A DNA stretch of 64,000 bases from an uncultured delta proteobacterium (GCA_963803435.1 CAWDML010000007.1:64001-128000), one strand, 5' to 3'; counted from the first letter of the stretch, positions 28,607-39,398 are shown. The notes: generated by a model not told the origin, from the sequence alone. Made by a program: numbers and translations.

Positions 28607-29107
28607 TTAGTGCTCCGAGGGTCGATCGACAAGCATCCACCACCGGATCCGGTCGCCCGCGCCCATCTTCGCCTTCAAACCACCGCCCGTTGCGCCCCGG
28701 GTAGCCCTACCCACCGGCCGATCACCCGGGAGCACGACGAGATCGATCGGATCCGCATCCGCCGCAGTCTCGACCGCCAGCTCCGGACCTCGGAGGCGGA
28801 AGGTCCCGTGGATCATCATCTCGACCACGCCGTCGAGCCGGGTCTTGAGCTCCACGCCCTCCATCGCAATCGTTGCGGTGCCGGTCAGGAGTCGGACGCC
28901 ATCGAGCGCGCGCTGGGCCAGCACCGCCTCCACCTGCTTTCGCTCCATCAACAGCAGCGAGCGCTTGCGCTCCTCCCCGGTCACCTGAACGTGGAGGATC
29001 ACGTGCGCAATCTCGCCCGCGGGCTCGATCATCAGCGTGCGAGTGAACTGTCCTTGATGCGCCGCGAGCAGCGCGCCCAGCGCCAGGACCGCCTGCTCAA
29101 TGACCAT
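28607..29107 (-). CDS. Hypothetical protein
   Basis: Fills the gap co-directionally, overlapping the upstream stop. Confidence 0.5.
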   Translation of the reverse strand: MVIEQAVLALGALLAAHQGQFTRTLMIEPAGEIAHVILHVQVTGEERKRSLLLMERKQVEAVLAQRALDGVRLLTGTATIAMEGVELKTRLDGVVEMMIHGTFRLRGPELAVETAADADPIDLVVLPGDRPVGRATRGATGGGLKAKMGAGDRIRWWMLVDRPSEH

Positions 29108-32100
29108 GGCAGCCGAACAGCGCGAACAGCTTCAGGAGCGACGGAATGTTCCGCGGCGTCGGTCGCCGCACGCCGAGGACGCGGCCGAGGTCCTTCGAGC
29201 GGGCGGTGAGCCCGAAGCGGCGCACGCCCGGCGGATCGTACTGTCCGGCCATCCCGCCCGCGTCGAGGAACACCGGGTTGGTGAAGGCGTACGGCGTGGC
29301 GATCCGCGTCTGGGACGGCTTCAGGTTTCCGAACGGGCTGAAGTCGAAGCCGAAGCCGCTGGCGATCGAGCCGATGGCGTCGCTCACCTGCACCGACGGG
29401 ATCTCGCGCGGCGAGACCACCGGGAACATCGACTCGCTCCCGATCACCTCGGCCACCACCCAGCTGTCCCCGTCGACCTCGAGATCGGTGCTGAAGCGCG
29501 CCAGCGTGTCGCGGTCGCCGTCTGCAGTGGCGACGATGTCACCGTTCACGATCAGGTTGACGCGATCGATCTTCACCCAGTCGGCCGTCTTGGTGTCGAC
29601 GGTCACCGTCACGCGCTTGTTGCCGGTCGAGGCGACGTCGCCCACGCCGCAGGTGGTGCGATCGAGGCGCGCCCCGGTCTTGCGATCGAAGCAGCCGCCG
29701 TCTCCGGTGACGGAGAGCAGAACGAACGGTCCGTTGGTCACGAACGCGTGCTGGTTCTTCATGTCGTCGACGATCTCGAGCTCGTCGATCGCGCCCGGCC
29801 GATCATCGGTGACGGGAGTGAACGTGCGCGGGGTACCGGGCTCGTCGTCGAAGTCGTGGGTGTCGCTGTTTCCGGTGGCGGTGTAGATGCGTCCCGCGTT
29901 CAGGAGCTGGAACCAGTCCTCCAGCGCGCCCGGATAGGCGACGTTGCCGCGCTCGTCCCGTAGGATCTGGCCGGCCGGCGGGATGTTCGCGGGCAGCGGC
30001 GGCGGCGGCAGCTCCTCGGGCACCCGATAGTCTCGCAGCAGATCCCAGCGCTTGCCGTTGAACACCTCGATCGCGTCGAAGTTCCAGCTGAAGTTCCCCG
30101 GCCCGAACTCCGGACCGTTCGGCGACAGGATCGCGTTGTCGTCCTCCATCGGCTCCATCGTGTCCTGATCGACGTTGTAGTCGTTGAAGTAGCCGAGGAT
30201 GGTGTCGCGCGGATGGTTGACCTGCACCACCGTCTGCTCGGGCGAGAACGCGCCCAGGTTACGGATGTCGTCGAACAGCAGGTCCGGCGTGCGCCCCGAC
30301 CACTCGAAGGCGCCCTTGGTGATCGGCTCGACGTCGTACCGCAGCGGGAAGCCGTTGAAGTGCCCGATCTCGATGGTGGTCATCTCGAGGCCGATCATGC
30401 CCTGCACGTACTTCTCGATGCCCTGTGACGCGATCGCCTGCCGGTAGTCGGTGACGAAGTTGTGATCCGACGAGCAGGCCACGTCGACGCCCTCGGCAGC
30501 CACGTGCGCCACCCGGTTGTCGAGGCTGAGGAACGAGTCGACCGAGTTGACCGAGTGGAGGTGATAGTCGCCGGAGACCCAGCCCGGCGTGTCGTACGCG
30601 CGCTTCAGCATGGCGTCGACGCTGACGTGGCCGCGCTCCTCCACCACGATGTCCTGCGTGTACGTCTGGTACTCCATCCCGCGGGAGCAGATCGCCCGGT
30701 ACGCCCCGGGACGCACCAGGTCGGTCTTCTCGCCGGTGGGCGCCAGGATCATCTGCTCGATGAACCGCCGGGTGGACGGGTCGGACGTGTCCCTCACCAG
30801 GTCGGTGGGACGGAAGCGCTCGTCGAGCTTGAAGTCGAAGAGGAACTCGCGGCCCTGGAATCCGGCGGCGGCGACGCTGTAGGTCCCCACCAGGCTGCAC
30901 TTGCCGGGGATGAGGCGGCCGTCCTCACCGAGGATCCGGACGCTGACGCGACCTGGAGAGGGCAGCTCGATCTCGAGGAAGGTGGTCCGCCCCTCGGTCA
31001 CCTCGAACGGGATCGACTCGGTGGGATAGCGACCGTCGGCGAGCACGCGGTACGTGTACCTGCCCGGCTGATAGTTGCCCTTGAAGTTGCCCTGGGCGTC
31101 GGTGGTGTGCTGGTCGTAGGGCGAGCCGGTGGCGTCGAAGGTCATCACGCTGACGTGCGCCTCCGGCTGCTGGGAGAACTTCTCGCGCACGACGCCCGAG
31201 ACCCGTCCCACGGCGTCGCCGCGGATCTGGTGGACCACGTCGCGGATCGAGGCGACGTCCCCGGAGCCGACGATGAAGTACTTCTTGAAGGAGAACGCGT
31301 CCGCGCGACACTTCTGCTCCACGCAGTTGAAGTCGGTGGGGCAGAGGTTCTGGGCATCGCAGGTGTCCGGGCAGTCGTCGGAGTCGCAGACCTTGTCGCG
31401 CGCGTAGAGCTTCTTCGGCGCGGCCGCGTAGAACGCGCCCGTAAAGCCCGAGGCGAGGAACGGCACCAGCAGCGAGCTCGCCGGAGCGTCGTAGCCGTCG
31501 CGCGCGGCCAGCGAGAGGTTCGGATCGGTCACGCCGCTCATGAAGCCGTAGGAGACGCCGTCGCCCTTGGTGGCGAGAAAGGGCGTCAGCAGGCCGGGGA
31601 GCTGGGGGAGAGCGACCTTCTGCTTGTAGAGGTCCTCGAGCGTGAAGCGGACGTCGAAGCCCGCCTGCTCGGAGAAGACCGCGTTGCCCTTGCCAAACAG
31701 GATCACGTCACCCACGGGCAGCGGAAACTCCAGGCCTTCACCCAAGAACGAGCTGATGCTCTCGTTCGGGATCTCGACGCTGCTGGTGCCCTGGTAGCTG
31801 ATGGTGGTGGTGATCTCGACGTAGCGCTTCCCGGGCGCCAGCCGGTACTCGTTCCTGAAGCGGAGATCTGTGGAGTCGACGATCCCGTCGATGATGTTCT
31901 TGGCGAGGAAGATGAAGTCGGCCGGCTCGCCGCGAACGATCACCGACGCGCTCCCGTCGTCGTTGTAATGCGTGTCGATGCTGCTCGGGCGCATCGCCTT
32001 GAGAAAGAGCCCAGGGAAGAGCTCGGAGAAGTTGTCCTTGCCCTTGCCGCCGGAGCTGTCGCCGAAGGTCTCGGGGCGCACCAGGTCGGCGTCGATCAGC

Positions 32101-32321
32101 GAGCCGCCGTAGATCCCGAACCCGCGCGAGAAGCCCTGGTCCTGGACGATCACCCGGATCTGCTCGTTCGAGAGCAGGTAATCGCCGACGTCGCCGAGCG
32201 CACCCGGACCGCCGATCAGATCGGATCGCGATTGAATCCGCTTGGTGACGACCGTCGGTCCGTTCTCGGAGCAGCCGGCGAAGACGAGAGGAGCCGCGAG
32301 GACCAGCCAGAGAGCACGCAT
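29097..32321 (-). CDS. Large lipoprotein, CehA/McbA-type PHP-fold metallohydrolase with carboxypeptidase-regulatory-like domains
   Basis: Lipobox VFAGC; GDYHLHS, SDHN, GHFNGFP, VNHPR, GNSDTH, FTNP. Confidence 0.8.
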   Translation of the reverse strand: MRALWLVLAAPLVFAGCSENGPTVVTKRIQSRSDLIGGPGALGDVGDYLLSNEQIRVIVQDQGFSRGFGIYGGSLIDADLVRPETFGDSSGGKGKDNFSELFPGLFLKAMRPSSIDTHYNDDGSASVIVRGEPADFIFLAKNIIDGIVDSTDLRFRNEYRLAPGKRYVEITTTISYQGTSSVEIPNESISSFLGEGLEFPLPVGDVILFGKGNAVFSEQAGFDVRFTLEDLYKQKVALPQLPGLLTPFLATKGDGVSYGFMSGVTDPNLSLAARDGYDAPASSLLVPFLASGFTGAFYAAAPKKLYARDKVCDSDDCPDTCDAQNLCPTDFNCVEQKCRADAFSFKKYFIVGSGDVASIRDVVHQIRGDAVGRVSGVVREKFSQQPEAHVSVMTFDATGSPYDQHTTDAQGNFKGNYQPGRYTYRVLADGRYPTESIPFEVTEGRTTFLEIELPSPGRVSVRILGEDGRLIPGKCSLVGTYSVAAAGFQGREFLFDFKLDERFRPTDLVRDTSDPSTRRFIEQMILAPTGEKTDLVRPGAYRAICSRGMEYQTYTQDIVVEERGHVSVDAMLKRAYDTPGWVSGDYHLHSVNSVDSFLSLDNRVAHVAAEGVDVACSSDHNFVTDYRQAIASQGIEKYVQGMIGLEMTTIEIGHFNGFPLRYDVEPITKGAFEWSGRTPDLLFDDIRNLGAFSPEQTVVQVNHPRDTILGYFNDYNVDQDTMEPMEDDNAILSPNGPEFGPGNFSWNFDAIEVFNGKRWDLLRDYRVPEELPPPPLPANIPPAGQILRDERGNVAYPGALEDWFQLLNAGRIYTATGNSDTHDFDDEPGTPRTFTPVTDDRPGAIDELEIVDDMKNQHAFVTNGPFVLLSVTGDGGCFDRKTGARLDRTTCGVGDVASTGNKRVTVTVDTKTADWVKIDRVNLIVNGDIVATADGDRDTLARFSTDLEVDGDSWVVAEVIGSESMFPVVSPREIPSVQVSDAIGSIASGFGFDFSPFGNLKPSQTRIATPYAFTNPVFLDAGGMAGQYDPPGVRRFGLTARSKDLGRVLGVRRPTPRNIPSLLKLFALFGCHGH

Positions 32322-32349
32322 CTCGGCGAACGACACTATCCGAGACCCC

Positions 32350-33850
32350 TCAGAACGTGAACTGCGACAGGAGGGTGATCCGGTTGTTGTCCACCCGGCG
32401 TCCCGCCTGCTCGAGGGCGATCGTGCCTTCAATCGCGAACTTGAGCGGCAGCTTCGGGACGACGTACTGCAGCGCGAGGCTGTGCTCCATGACCTGATCG
32501 GCGTCGTCCAGGTCCTTGTTGTTGGGCTCGTACCAGGCAAACCGATACCCGAAGCGGAAGTCCCAGAGCGCGTAGTCGAACTGGCCGTGGGCGCCGAAGG
32601 CCGTCACGTCCGGGCGCTCGGAGGTCTCGAACTTGGTGTTCTGCACCAGGAGCTGGCCCTCGAGGCGGAGCCCGAAGAACGCGACCACCATGGAGACCTC
32701 GGCGCCGAGCACGTTCTCGTCGAACAGGTTCGGGAGCTCGCCGACGGTGCGCGAGTCGGTGAAACCACCCACGTTCAGCGACGCCCACTCCCCCCAGTAG
32801 AAGCTCAGGCGCGCGAATCCTGCGGGTCGGTCGTTGTCGTTGAGCGCCTTGTTGAAGGTGCGGCCGTTCGTCAGCGCCAGCGCGTAGCCGAGATCGAACG
32901 CGTGTTCGGTGATCCCGATCTTGCCCTTCGAGATCATCAGGCCGAGCTCCCGATCCTGCGACATGCCCAGGACCTCGTTGCCCTGGGTGGGCAGCACTCC
33001 GCGCGACTCGAGGGGCGCTTCGATGAACATCGTGGCGCCGCCGCTGAGGTCCGAGGGCGACTCGAGCGTCCCGAGATCGTACGGGGCCTTGAATCGACCG
33101 ACCTGCACTCCGGCGAAGTCCGAGAAGTCGTACCGGATGATGGCGTCGCGGGGTCGCACCGTGAACTCCTCGTTCGGATCGTTGAAGGTCTCGGCCTCGC
33201 CGACCGCCGCCTCGATGGAGAGGTACGCGTACAGATCCTCGTAGGAGACCCGGGTACCGAGCCGCGCGTTGGCGAGCCGGAAGCCGTCGTTGCGCCCGAT
33301 GAAGGTGCTCTTGCTATCGTTCTCGATCACCTCCGCGATCACGCGGATGTAGCCCTCCCACGAGAGCTTCAGCCCGAAGTCGGTCTGGTACGAGAGATCC
33401 CACGGCGGCTGACCGGTGCTGGGCGGCGGCATGCCCTCGTCCCGGAGCTGGCCCGTGGTCGCCGGCGTCTCGGGAGGCGGCTCGGAGGGCGGCGGAATCC
33501 GAGATCTCGCTGGCGTCGTGAGCGTGCTCGTGTCCCGGGCCGTTCTTGTGATCGTGACAGTGGTTGTGGACGGTGCCGTCGGCATGCTCGTGCTCGTGGC
33601 AGTGCTGTCCGATCTTGGCGTCGCCGACCTGGCCGACGCGCTTCATGCCGCCGTGGTCGACGCCGCCCTCCTTCCCGGAGCGCTCGACGCCGTCGTCGAC
33701 GCCGCCGACGGGCATGGGCGCCCGCGGCAGCGGCCCGCCCTCCTCGGGGAGCTTCACCGTGGTGGAGGTGTCCGCCTGGGCGAAGGCCGCGGGCGACCCG
33801 CCCAGCACGAGCAGCAGAATGGTCCATCCAATCGATTGGTTTCGAGCCAT
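32350..33850 (-). CDS. Outer-membrane beta-barrel porin (OprO/P-like) with His-rich N-terminal extension; apparent frameshift at ~33500
   Basis: Signal peptide MARNQ..AAFA and His-rich segment in one frame; barrel (GFRLANARLG, VQVGRFKAPY, C-terminal QFTF) in another. Confidence 0.7.
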
Positions 33851-33861
33851 GTCTCTCGTCC

Positions 33862-35397
33862 CTACCGAACCGCGGGCAACGGTTCGTCCATCGCCGCCGC
33901 CGGCGGCTCGATCTCGAGCAGCGCCGCGATCGTCGGCGCGAGTTGAGTCATGCGGTGCGGCCGTTCGTCGACTCCGCCCTGGACACCGGGGCCGTCGATG
34001 ATGATCGGCACCGTGGTGTCGTAGCCGTACGGCGAGCCGTGGCTGGTTCCGATGCCGTGGCCGTCCGGCTCGACCGAATCGATCAAGTCGTAGGCTTCGT
34101 GCCAGATCAGCACGTCGGCGTCTCGTCCGCGGAAGCTCGAACGTCGATAGTAGGTGCGCAGCGGCTCCGGCCATCGATCGAGGTCCTCGGACGCGATCGC
34201 GTCCACGATCCCGGGCATGCTCCTGACCACGTCGGCCGCGCGCCGCGCCAGGTGAAGACGATCGACCCCCGGACGCGTGGGCGAGAGGTAGAGCCGCGGC
34301 GAGTTGAGCGCCAGCACCGAGACCTCGTCCTTCGGGAACTCACGCTTCAGCATGTCGTTCACCGCCGAGACGATGGGCTCGGGAGGGACGCGGAGGACGC
34401 GGAGGTGGTGCGTCTCCTCCGGCGTGGGCAGCGATCCGTGATCCGCAGTGATCACGAAGATCGCGCCGCCGTCGCCGAGCTGCTTCTCGACGGCGTCGAT
34501 CAGCGCGCCGATCGCGGCGTCGATGCGGAGGAGGATGTCGAGCGTCTCGTGCGAGTGCGAGCCCCACCAGTGGCCGGCGTAGTCCAGCGTGCCGACGCTG
34601 ATCGCGAGGTAGTCGATCGTCCCGCGGCGCCCCAGGCTCTCCTTCACGAGGGCGGTGCGGGCCAGATCGAACAGTGCGTCGATCGACGCGGGCGAAGCGG
34701 GCCACACGTGACGCCAGCGCGCGTCGGCGCCGTCGGTCAGCCCCTGGCCAAGCACCCGCGGGAACGTGCGTCCCAGACCGTCGAGCTTCGCCTCGGTCAC
34801 CAGATCGTCGGGACCCGAGGCCCGCTCGTAGTCGAGCCCCTTCTTGAACCGATCCCACTTGCGGCCGAACGCGCTGGCGGCCGAATCCGAGAGCGTGACC
34901 TGGTTGAACCAGCCGGGCGGCTTGGGCAGCCCCTTCCAGTGCCCTGCGACGATCCGCCCCGCGGACTCGTCGTACCAGGCCACCAGATCGGGCTGGGTTC
35001 CGCCGAGCGAGATCGCCGCCCGATCCTTGAGCCCGAGGGAGAAGGTCCGGCCGCGGCCGAGCGTGGCGAGCTCGATCGCATCGGCGATGCCGGGCGCCTT
35101 CAGGTTCGCCGGGCTCCGTCCATACTCTCTGTCTTCGACGGCGTAGACCGCGCGCCCGCTCTCGTCATACCAGGTGTTCGCCACCAAGCCGTGGAGGCTC
35201 GGCCACGCGCCGGTCGCGATGGTCGCGTGGCCCGCGGCCGTCTCGGTGTTGGCGTACTCGAAGATCCCGCGGCGGTAGTACGCGCCGCGGCGGGCGAGGC
35301 GACCGATCCCTTCGGTCGCCAGATCGCCCCACCGCCTCAGATAGTGCGAGCCCATCTGGTCGACGACGATCAGCACCACGAGCGACGCGACCCGCAC
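33862..35397 (-). CDS. Alkaline phosphatase family protein (PafA type, Thr nucleophile)
   Basis: VVDQM, TETAAGHATIATG, KDRAA, DYAGH, TADHG, SHGSPYGYD. Confidence 0.88.
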   Translation of the reverse strand: MRVASLVVLIVVDQMGSHYLRRWGDLATEGIGRLARRGAYYRRGIFEYANTETAAGHATIATGAWPSLHGLVANTWYDESGRAVYAVEDREYGRSPANLKAPGIADAIELATLGRGRTFSLGLKDRAAISLGGTQPDLVAWYDESAGRIVAGHWKGLPKPPGWFNQVTLSDSAASAFGRKWDRFKKGLDYERASGPDDLVTEAKLDGLGRTFPRVLGQGLTDGADARWRHVWPASPASIDALFDLARTALVKESLGRRGTIDYLAISVGTLDYAGHWWGSHSHETLDILLRIDAAIGALIDAVEKQLGDGGAIFVITADHGSLPTPEETHHLRVLRVPPEPIVSAVNDMLKREFPKDEVSVLALNSPRLYLSPTRPGVDRLHLARRAADVVRSMPGIVDAIASEDLDRWPEPLRTYYRRSSFRGRDADVLIWHEAYDLIDSVEPDGHGIGTSHGSPYGYDTTVPIIIDGPGVQGGVDERPHRMTQLAPTIAALLEIEPPAAAMDEPLPAVR

Positions 35398-35435
35398 TGG
35401 CCGCGCACATAGGACGCCCTCGGTTTCTCAGCAAG

Positions 35436-36122
35436 TCATTTGCCCTTGGGGAGGGGCAGGTGAAAGGCGATCGGCTTGTCGCCGGAAAAAGGTGGAACCC
35501 TGAGCGATTCGACGACGCGGGCCACGCAGTCGTAGGGGGGTCGATCCTGGACCTCCTGCGGCTCGATCCGAACGTCGAGGACGCGGCCGTCGGGTCGCAC
35601 GCGAAACCGCACGCTGGCGTTCACACCCGGGGTCTGGTCGCCGCAGCGAGCCAGCGCCTCTTTGAGCCCCTCGAACGCGGTCGTGACCGCCTTCTCGTCG
35701 AGCGGCGGGTCTTGGTTTTCGTGCTTGAATACGGCAGCCAGCTGCTCGGCGTCGCACGTGACCGCGCCGTTGCCGTACGTGCAAGCTATCTTGCGAACCT
35801 CGGGCGCACGAGCGCGCTCGAACAGGATCACGGCGAGCGCATCGTAGGTGTCGGCCAGCTGCATCGCGACCACGTGGTCGACGCTCAGCATCGACGCGAT
35901 CTCCTTGGGACACTCCAGGGGGCACGCGCTGTCCCGCTCCTCTCGCTTGGCCATGCGAACCTCGCCGGAGACATTCTGGCTGACGGTCCTCGCCATCTCG
36001 ACGCTCAGGCGGAGCAGCGTCGGATCACCCGGCGGAGGGTGATCGGAGACGACCGGAAACACCACCCAGGTCTCCGCGTGCGCCGCCGGCGCGAGGAGAA
36101 GGATCGGGAGAAGAGCGCACAC
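35436..36122 (-). CDS. Secreted protein with TonB-C/AgmX-like C-terminal domain
   Basis: Signal peptide; VRFRVRPDGRV...CVARVVESLRVPPFSG. Confidence 0.55.
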   Translation of the reverse strand: MCALLPILLLAPAAHAETWVVFPVVSDHPPPGDPTLLRLSVEMARTVSQNVSGEVRMAKREERDSACPLECPKEIASMLSVDHVVAMQLADTYDALAVILFERARAPEVRKIACTYGNGAVTCDAEQLAAVFKHENQDPPLDEKAVTTAFEGLKEALARCGDQTPGVNASVRFRVRPDGRVLDVRIEPQEVQDRPPYDCVARVVESLRVPPFSGDKPIAFHLPLPKGK

Positions 36123-36146
36123 GCCGGGAGTAGACCTCCGGCACGC

Positions 36147-36833
36147 CTACAAGTCCACCGGCACCCGGAGCTCCAGCGGATCGCCTTCGAACGGCCCCAC
36201 GTCGATCGACTCCATCACCTTCGCGAGGCACGCACCCAGCTTCGCCCTCGCCGCGATCGCCGGCGCGAGGTCGACCACCTGGACCCGTCCCGTGGGCAGC
36301 ACTTTCAGATCGATCTCGATACGCCCGAAGATCCGCTCCGCCGCCGGTACCCGATCCTCCGCGCGCACGCAGCGACCCACCGCGCGCGCGTGCGAGCGCA
36401 GCGCCGATACCATGTCGACGTCCTCGGCCTGGCGCGGCTTGAGCCCCTCCAAAACCGCCGCCTCGAGCTGTGCGCAGTCGAAGGCGCCGCCTTCGCCCTG
36501 ACCGCACGCGATCCGCGCCACCGCCCATGGCCCGGCGGTGCCCCGGAGAAAGTGCGTGATCCACAGGGTGCGCGCGCCGCTCTCGAGGGGCGGCTCCAGA
36601 TCGAGCGCCACCAGCCGGTCGACCTCTCGGGCCTTCGCTTCGTCGCCCAGCTCGACCGGTGCGTCGCGGCCGGTGGGACGGGCCATCTCCGGCGGCGCCG
36701 GCTTCACCGTGAAGCCCTTCGCGGTCAGCACCGCGACGGCGCGCTGCTCGATCGACGCCAGCTCCGGCTTCGGGATCGCGCACGGCTCCGGACAGGAGAC
36801 GCCGAACAGCAGCAGGATGGCCGGTCCGCTCAT
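36147..36833 (-). CDS. Secreted protein with TonB-C/AgmX-like C-terminal domain
   Basis: IEIDLKVLPTGRV...CLAKVMESIDVGPFEG; similar to the downstream gene. Confidence 0.55.
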   Translation of the reverse strand: MSGPAILLLFGVSCPEPCAIPKPELASIEQRAVAVLTAKGFTVKPAPPEMARPTGRDAPVELGDEAKAREVDRLVALDLEPPLESGARTLWITHFLRGTAGPWAVARIACGQGEGGAFDCAQLEAAVLEGLKPRQAEDVDMVSALRSHARAVGRCVRAEDRVPAAERIFGRIEIDLKVLPTGRVQVVDLAPAIAARAKLGACLAKVMESIDVGPFEGDPLELRVPVDL

Positions 36834-36885
36834 CGCAGGATCGCGACGGTACCGTCTGCGTCGCATTTCAGCTACATCTCGAAGC

Positions 36886-37719
36886 GTGGTCCCGCTGCTG
36901 ATCGCGGCCCTCGCCTGCGCGCAGACCGGGGAAGGCGGCTACGCCGGCCGCATCGCGGTGCTCCCGATCGTGACCGAAGGACCGAACGGAACCGCCACCC
37001 TGTCCTCGATCTTCGACGACGTGGCGGCCGCCGTCTCGCGCCGCCTGGGGCTCCGCCTGATCTCGTACGAGGAGCTGTTCGCCGTCAGCCAGGAGGGCCT
37101 GGCCGCCGGCGTCCTCGAGTGCGGTCCGGACATCGGTTGCATCTGTTCCAAGCTCCGCACCTTCAACGCGCGCATGGGCCTGGTCGTGATCCTGACGTTC
37201 GATCTCGATCCGCCGGTCATCACGCTGCAGCTGCTCGATACCGACGATCAGAGGCTGATCGCCGAGACCTCGGGCGAGCTGCCCGCGCGCGACGCGAACA
37301 AGATCTCGGAGGGCATCCGCAGGAAAGCCGAAGCCGTCCTCGACGCGGCCGGCTATCGGCCCGCTGCACACCTGGTGGTCGAGGTCGAGCCGCCCAACGC
37401 CCGCGTGCATCTCACCGACGGTCTCGACCCGGACAAGGGCACCACCAACGTCTTCACCGTCGCGCCCGGCAGCTACCGCGTCCAAGCCGAGCTCGAGGGC
37501 TTCAGCACCGGCGAGACCGACGCCATCGTCGCCAGCGGTGAGACCCGGCACGTCCACCTCGCGCTCGAAGAGGAGCGCTCGATCGTGTCGAGCCCCTGGC
37601 TGTGGATCGGCGTCGCCGCCGGTGTCGCGGCGATCGCCACCGGCATCGCTCTCGGCACGCGCCACACCGAACGGTGCCTGCAGGTCACGCTGAACGGCGA
37701 AGGCGCGGATTGTGATTGA
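36886..37719 (+). CDS. PEGA-domain membrane protein
   Basis: GTG start; VEVEPPNARV..VAPGSYRVQAELEGF; C-terminal TM SPWLWIGVAAG. Confidence 0.7.
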   Translation: MVPLLIAALACAQTGEGGYAGRIAVLPIVTEGPNGTATLSSIFDDVAAAVSRRLGLRLISYEELFAVSQEGLAAGVLECGPDIGCICSKLRTFNARMGLVVILTFDLDPPVITLQLLDTDDQRLIAETSGELPARDANKISEGIRRKAEAVLDAAGYRPAAHLVVEVEPPNARVHLTDGLDPDKGTTNVFTVAPGSYRVQAELEGFSTGETDAIVASGETRHVHLALEEERSIVSSPWLWIGVAAGVAAIATGIALGTRHTERCLQVTLNGEGADCD

Positions 37720-37727
37720 GAAGCCGG

Positions 37728-39398
37728 TCAGCTGTCGGCGGTCAGCTGGTTCAAGCGGGCGCGGAGCTCGACGATCGCCCGCTGCTTGCCCTCGAGGTTG
37801 TTCGACTGCTTCCAGGCGCTCACCTGATTCAGGTACTTGATCAGCGCATCCCTCTTCTCGGGATCGCCGGCCCCGTTCTTGAGCGCACTGGCGCGCTCGC
37901 GGAGCGTCTCGAGCTCGGCGTTGAGCGCCTCCTGAGAGACGGGGGCGGGAGGCGGCGAAACGGAACGACCAGTTCGGATCCGCTCCTCATGCTTCCGCGC
38001 CTGGCGAGGCTTCGGGGGGATGACCGCCGTCCCCTCGGGCTCCGGCGGCGGGGGCGCGCGCGCCTCGCCCTGCTCCACCTTCGGCTCAAGCACCGGGCGC
38101 TCCGGGGCGGGGATCGCGGTCACGACCTCGACCTGCGGGGCCAGCCGATCGGCCAGCAGCACCGCAACCAACCCTCCGAGCACGGCCGCCACCGTCACCG
38201 CGCCGATCAACACGGGGATGGAGACGCCGCGCCGGGGCGGCGAGATCGAGTGCGAGCTCCCTGGCTGGAACGATCCCGAGGAGATCGCGGGCGGCGGGAC
38301 GAAGTGGACCGTCGGCACCAGCTTGGTCTCGTCGCGCGCCTCGTACGTGGTGGGCTGCTGGTCCGGCGGCAGGACGCCGGCGCGCATCACGAAGACCCGC
38401 GTCGGCTCGGAATCGGTGGCGTCCGGCAAGGGAAGCGCAAGCAGACTCGAGATCTCTTCGACCCGCTCCTGTCGCGTGGCGCCGAACAGGTCCGAGATCA
38501 GCGAGGTCATCCCGCCCTCGGTGTGCGACGGCGCGATGACCTTGCGGAGCGCGTTGGAGAAGTGGCGCGCCGTCTGATAGCGCTGCTCCTTCTCCGGTGC
38601 CAGCGCCCGCTCCAGCACCGCGTCGAGCCCCTCCGGCACGTCCGGGCGGAAGGACGAGGGCTTCAGGAACTTCGGCGTAGCCGACGCCTCCATCATCGCG
38701 GTGACGGTGCCGCGCCGGACGTAGTTTCTCAGCGCGAGCATCTCGAAGCAGACGACCGCGAGGGAGTAGAGATCGGCGCGCGCATCGACGCGCTCGCCGC
38801 GCGCCTGCTCCGGCGGCATGTATCCGACGGAGCCCATCACCACTCCGGTGCGGGTCTTCCAATCCTGGGCGTTGGACTTGCCGAGGCCGAGATCGATCAA
38901 CCGCATCCGGCCGTCCTCGCCCACCATCAGGTTCTTCGGCGAGATATCGCGGTGCACGATGCCGAGCGGGTTGCCTGCGTCGTCCTTCGCGGTGTGGAGC
39001 GTGTCGAGTCCGTCGAGGCCGCCGGCGATCAGATCGATCACGGACGCGATCGAGGCGTGGCGGCCCGACTCGAGGATCGCCTCCAGCACCTTCGACAGCG
39101 GCCAGCCCGGGACGTACTCCATGGCGATGTAGAGCGTTTCGCCGACGGCGCCCACGTCGTAGACCTTGGCCACGTGCGGGCTGTCCACCGACACCGCGAT
39201 CGCCGCCTCGTGCCGGAATCGCGACACGAAGCCCTTCTTGGAGGCGAGCTCACCGTGCAGCCGCTTCACCACCACCGGCGCCGGAATCCCTCGATCGGGG
39301 TTGAGCGGGCGGGCCAACCAGACGTCGCCCATCGCCCCGCGTCCCAACGCCCGCAGCAAAAGATAGGCGCCGAAGACCTTGGGCTGCTCCTCGGCCAC
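37728..39398 (-). CDS. Membrane Ser/Thr protein kinase
   Basis: LGRGAMGDVW, VVKR, HRDISPKN, DLG (DFG variant), GSVGYMPPE; single TM. Confidence 0.9.
   Translation of the reverse strand: MAEEQPKVFGAYLLLRALGRGAMGDVWLARPLNPDRGIPAPVVVKRLHGELASKKGFVSRFRHEAAIAVSVDSPHVAKVYDVGAVGETLYIAMEYVPGWPLSKVLEAILESGRHASIASVIDLIAGGLDGLDTLHTAKDDAGNPLGIVHRDISPKNLMVGEDGRMRLIDLGLGKSNAQDWKTRTGVVMGSVGYMPPEQARGERVDARADLYSLAVVCFEMLALRNYVRRGTVTAMMEASATPKFLKPSSFRPDVPEGLDAVLERALAPEKEQRYQTARHFSNALRKVIAPSHTEGGMTSLISDLFGATRQERVEEISSLLALPLPDATDSEPTRVFVMRAGVLPPDQQPTTYEARDETKLVPTVHFVPPPAISSGSFQPGSSHSISPPRRGVSIPVLIGAVTVAAVLGGLVAVLLADRLAPQVEVVTAIPAPERPVLEPKVEQGEARAPPPPEPEGTAVIPPKPRQARKHEERIRTGRSVSPPPAPVSQEALNAELETLRERASALKNGAGDPEKRDALIKYLNQVSAWKQSNNLEGKQRAIVELRARLNQLTADS

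Noticed and set aside
32242-35412. 1056-aa plus-strand ORF and other long antisense ORFs (e.g. 49651..52419, 41199..43706, 24887..26653)
   Set aside because: Shadow frames of real genes in high-GC DNA; Arg/Gly/Ala-rich with no recognisable motifs.
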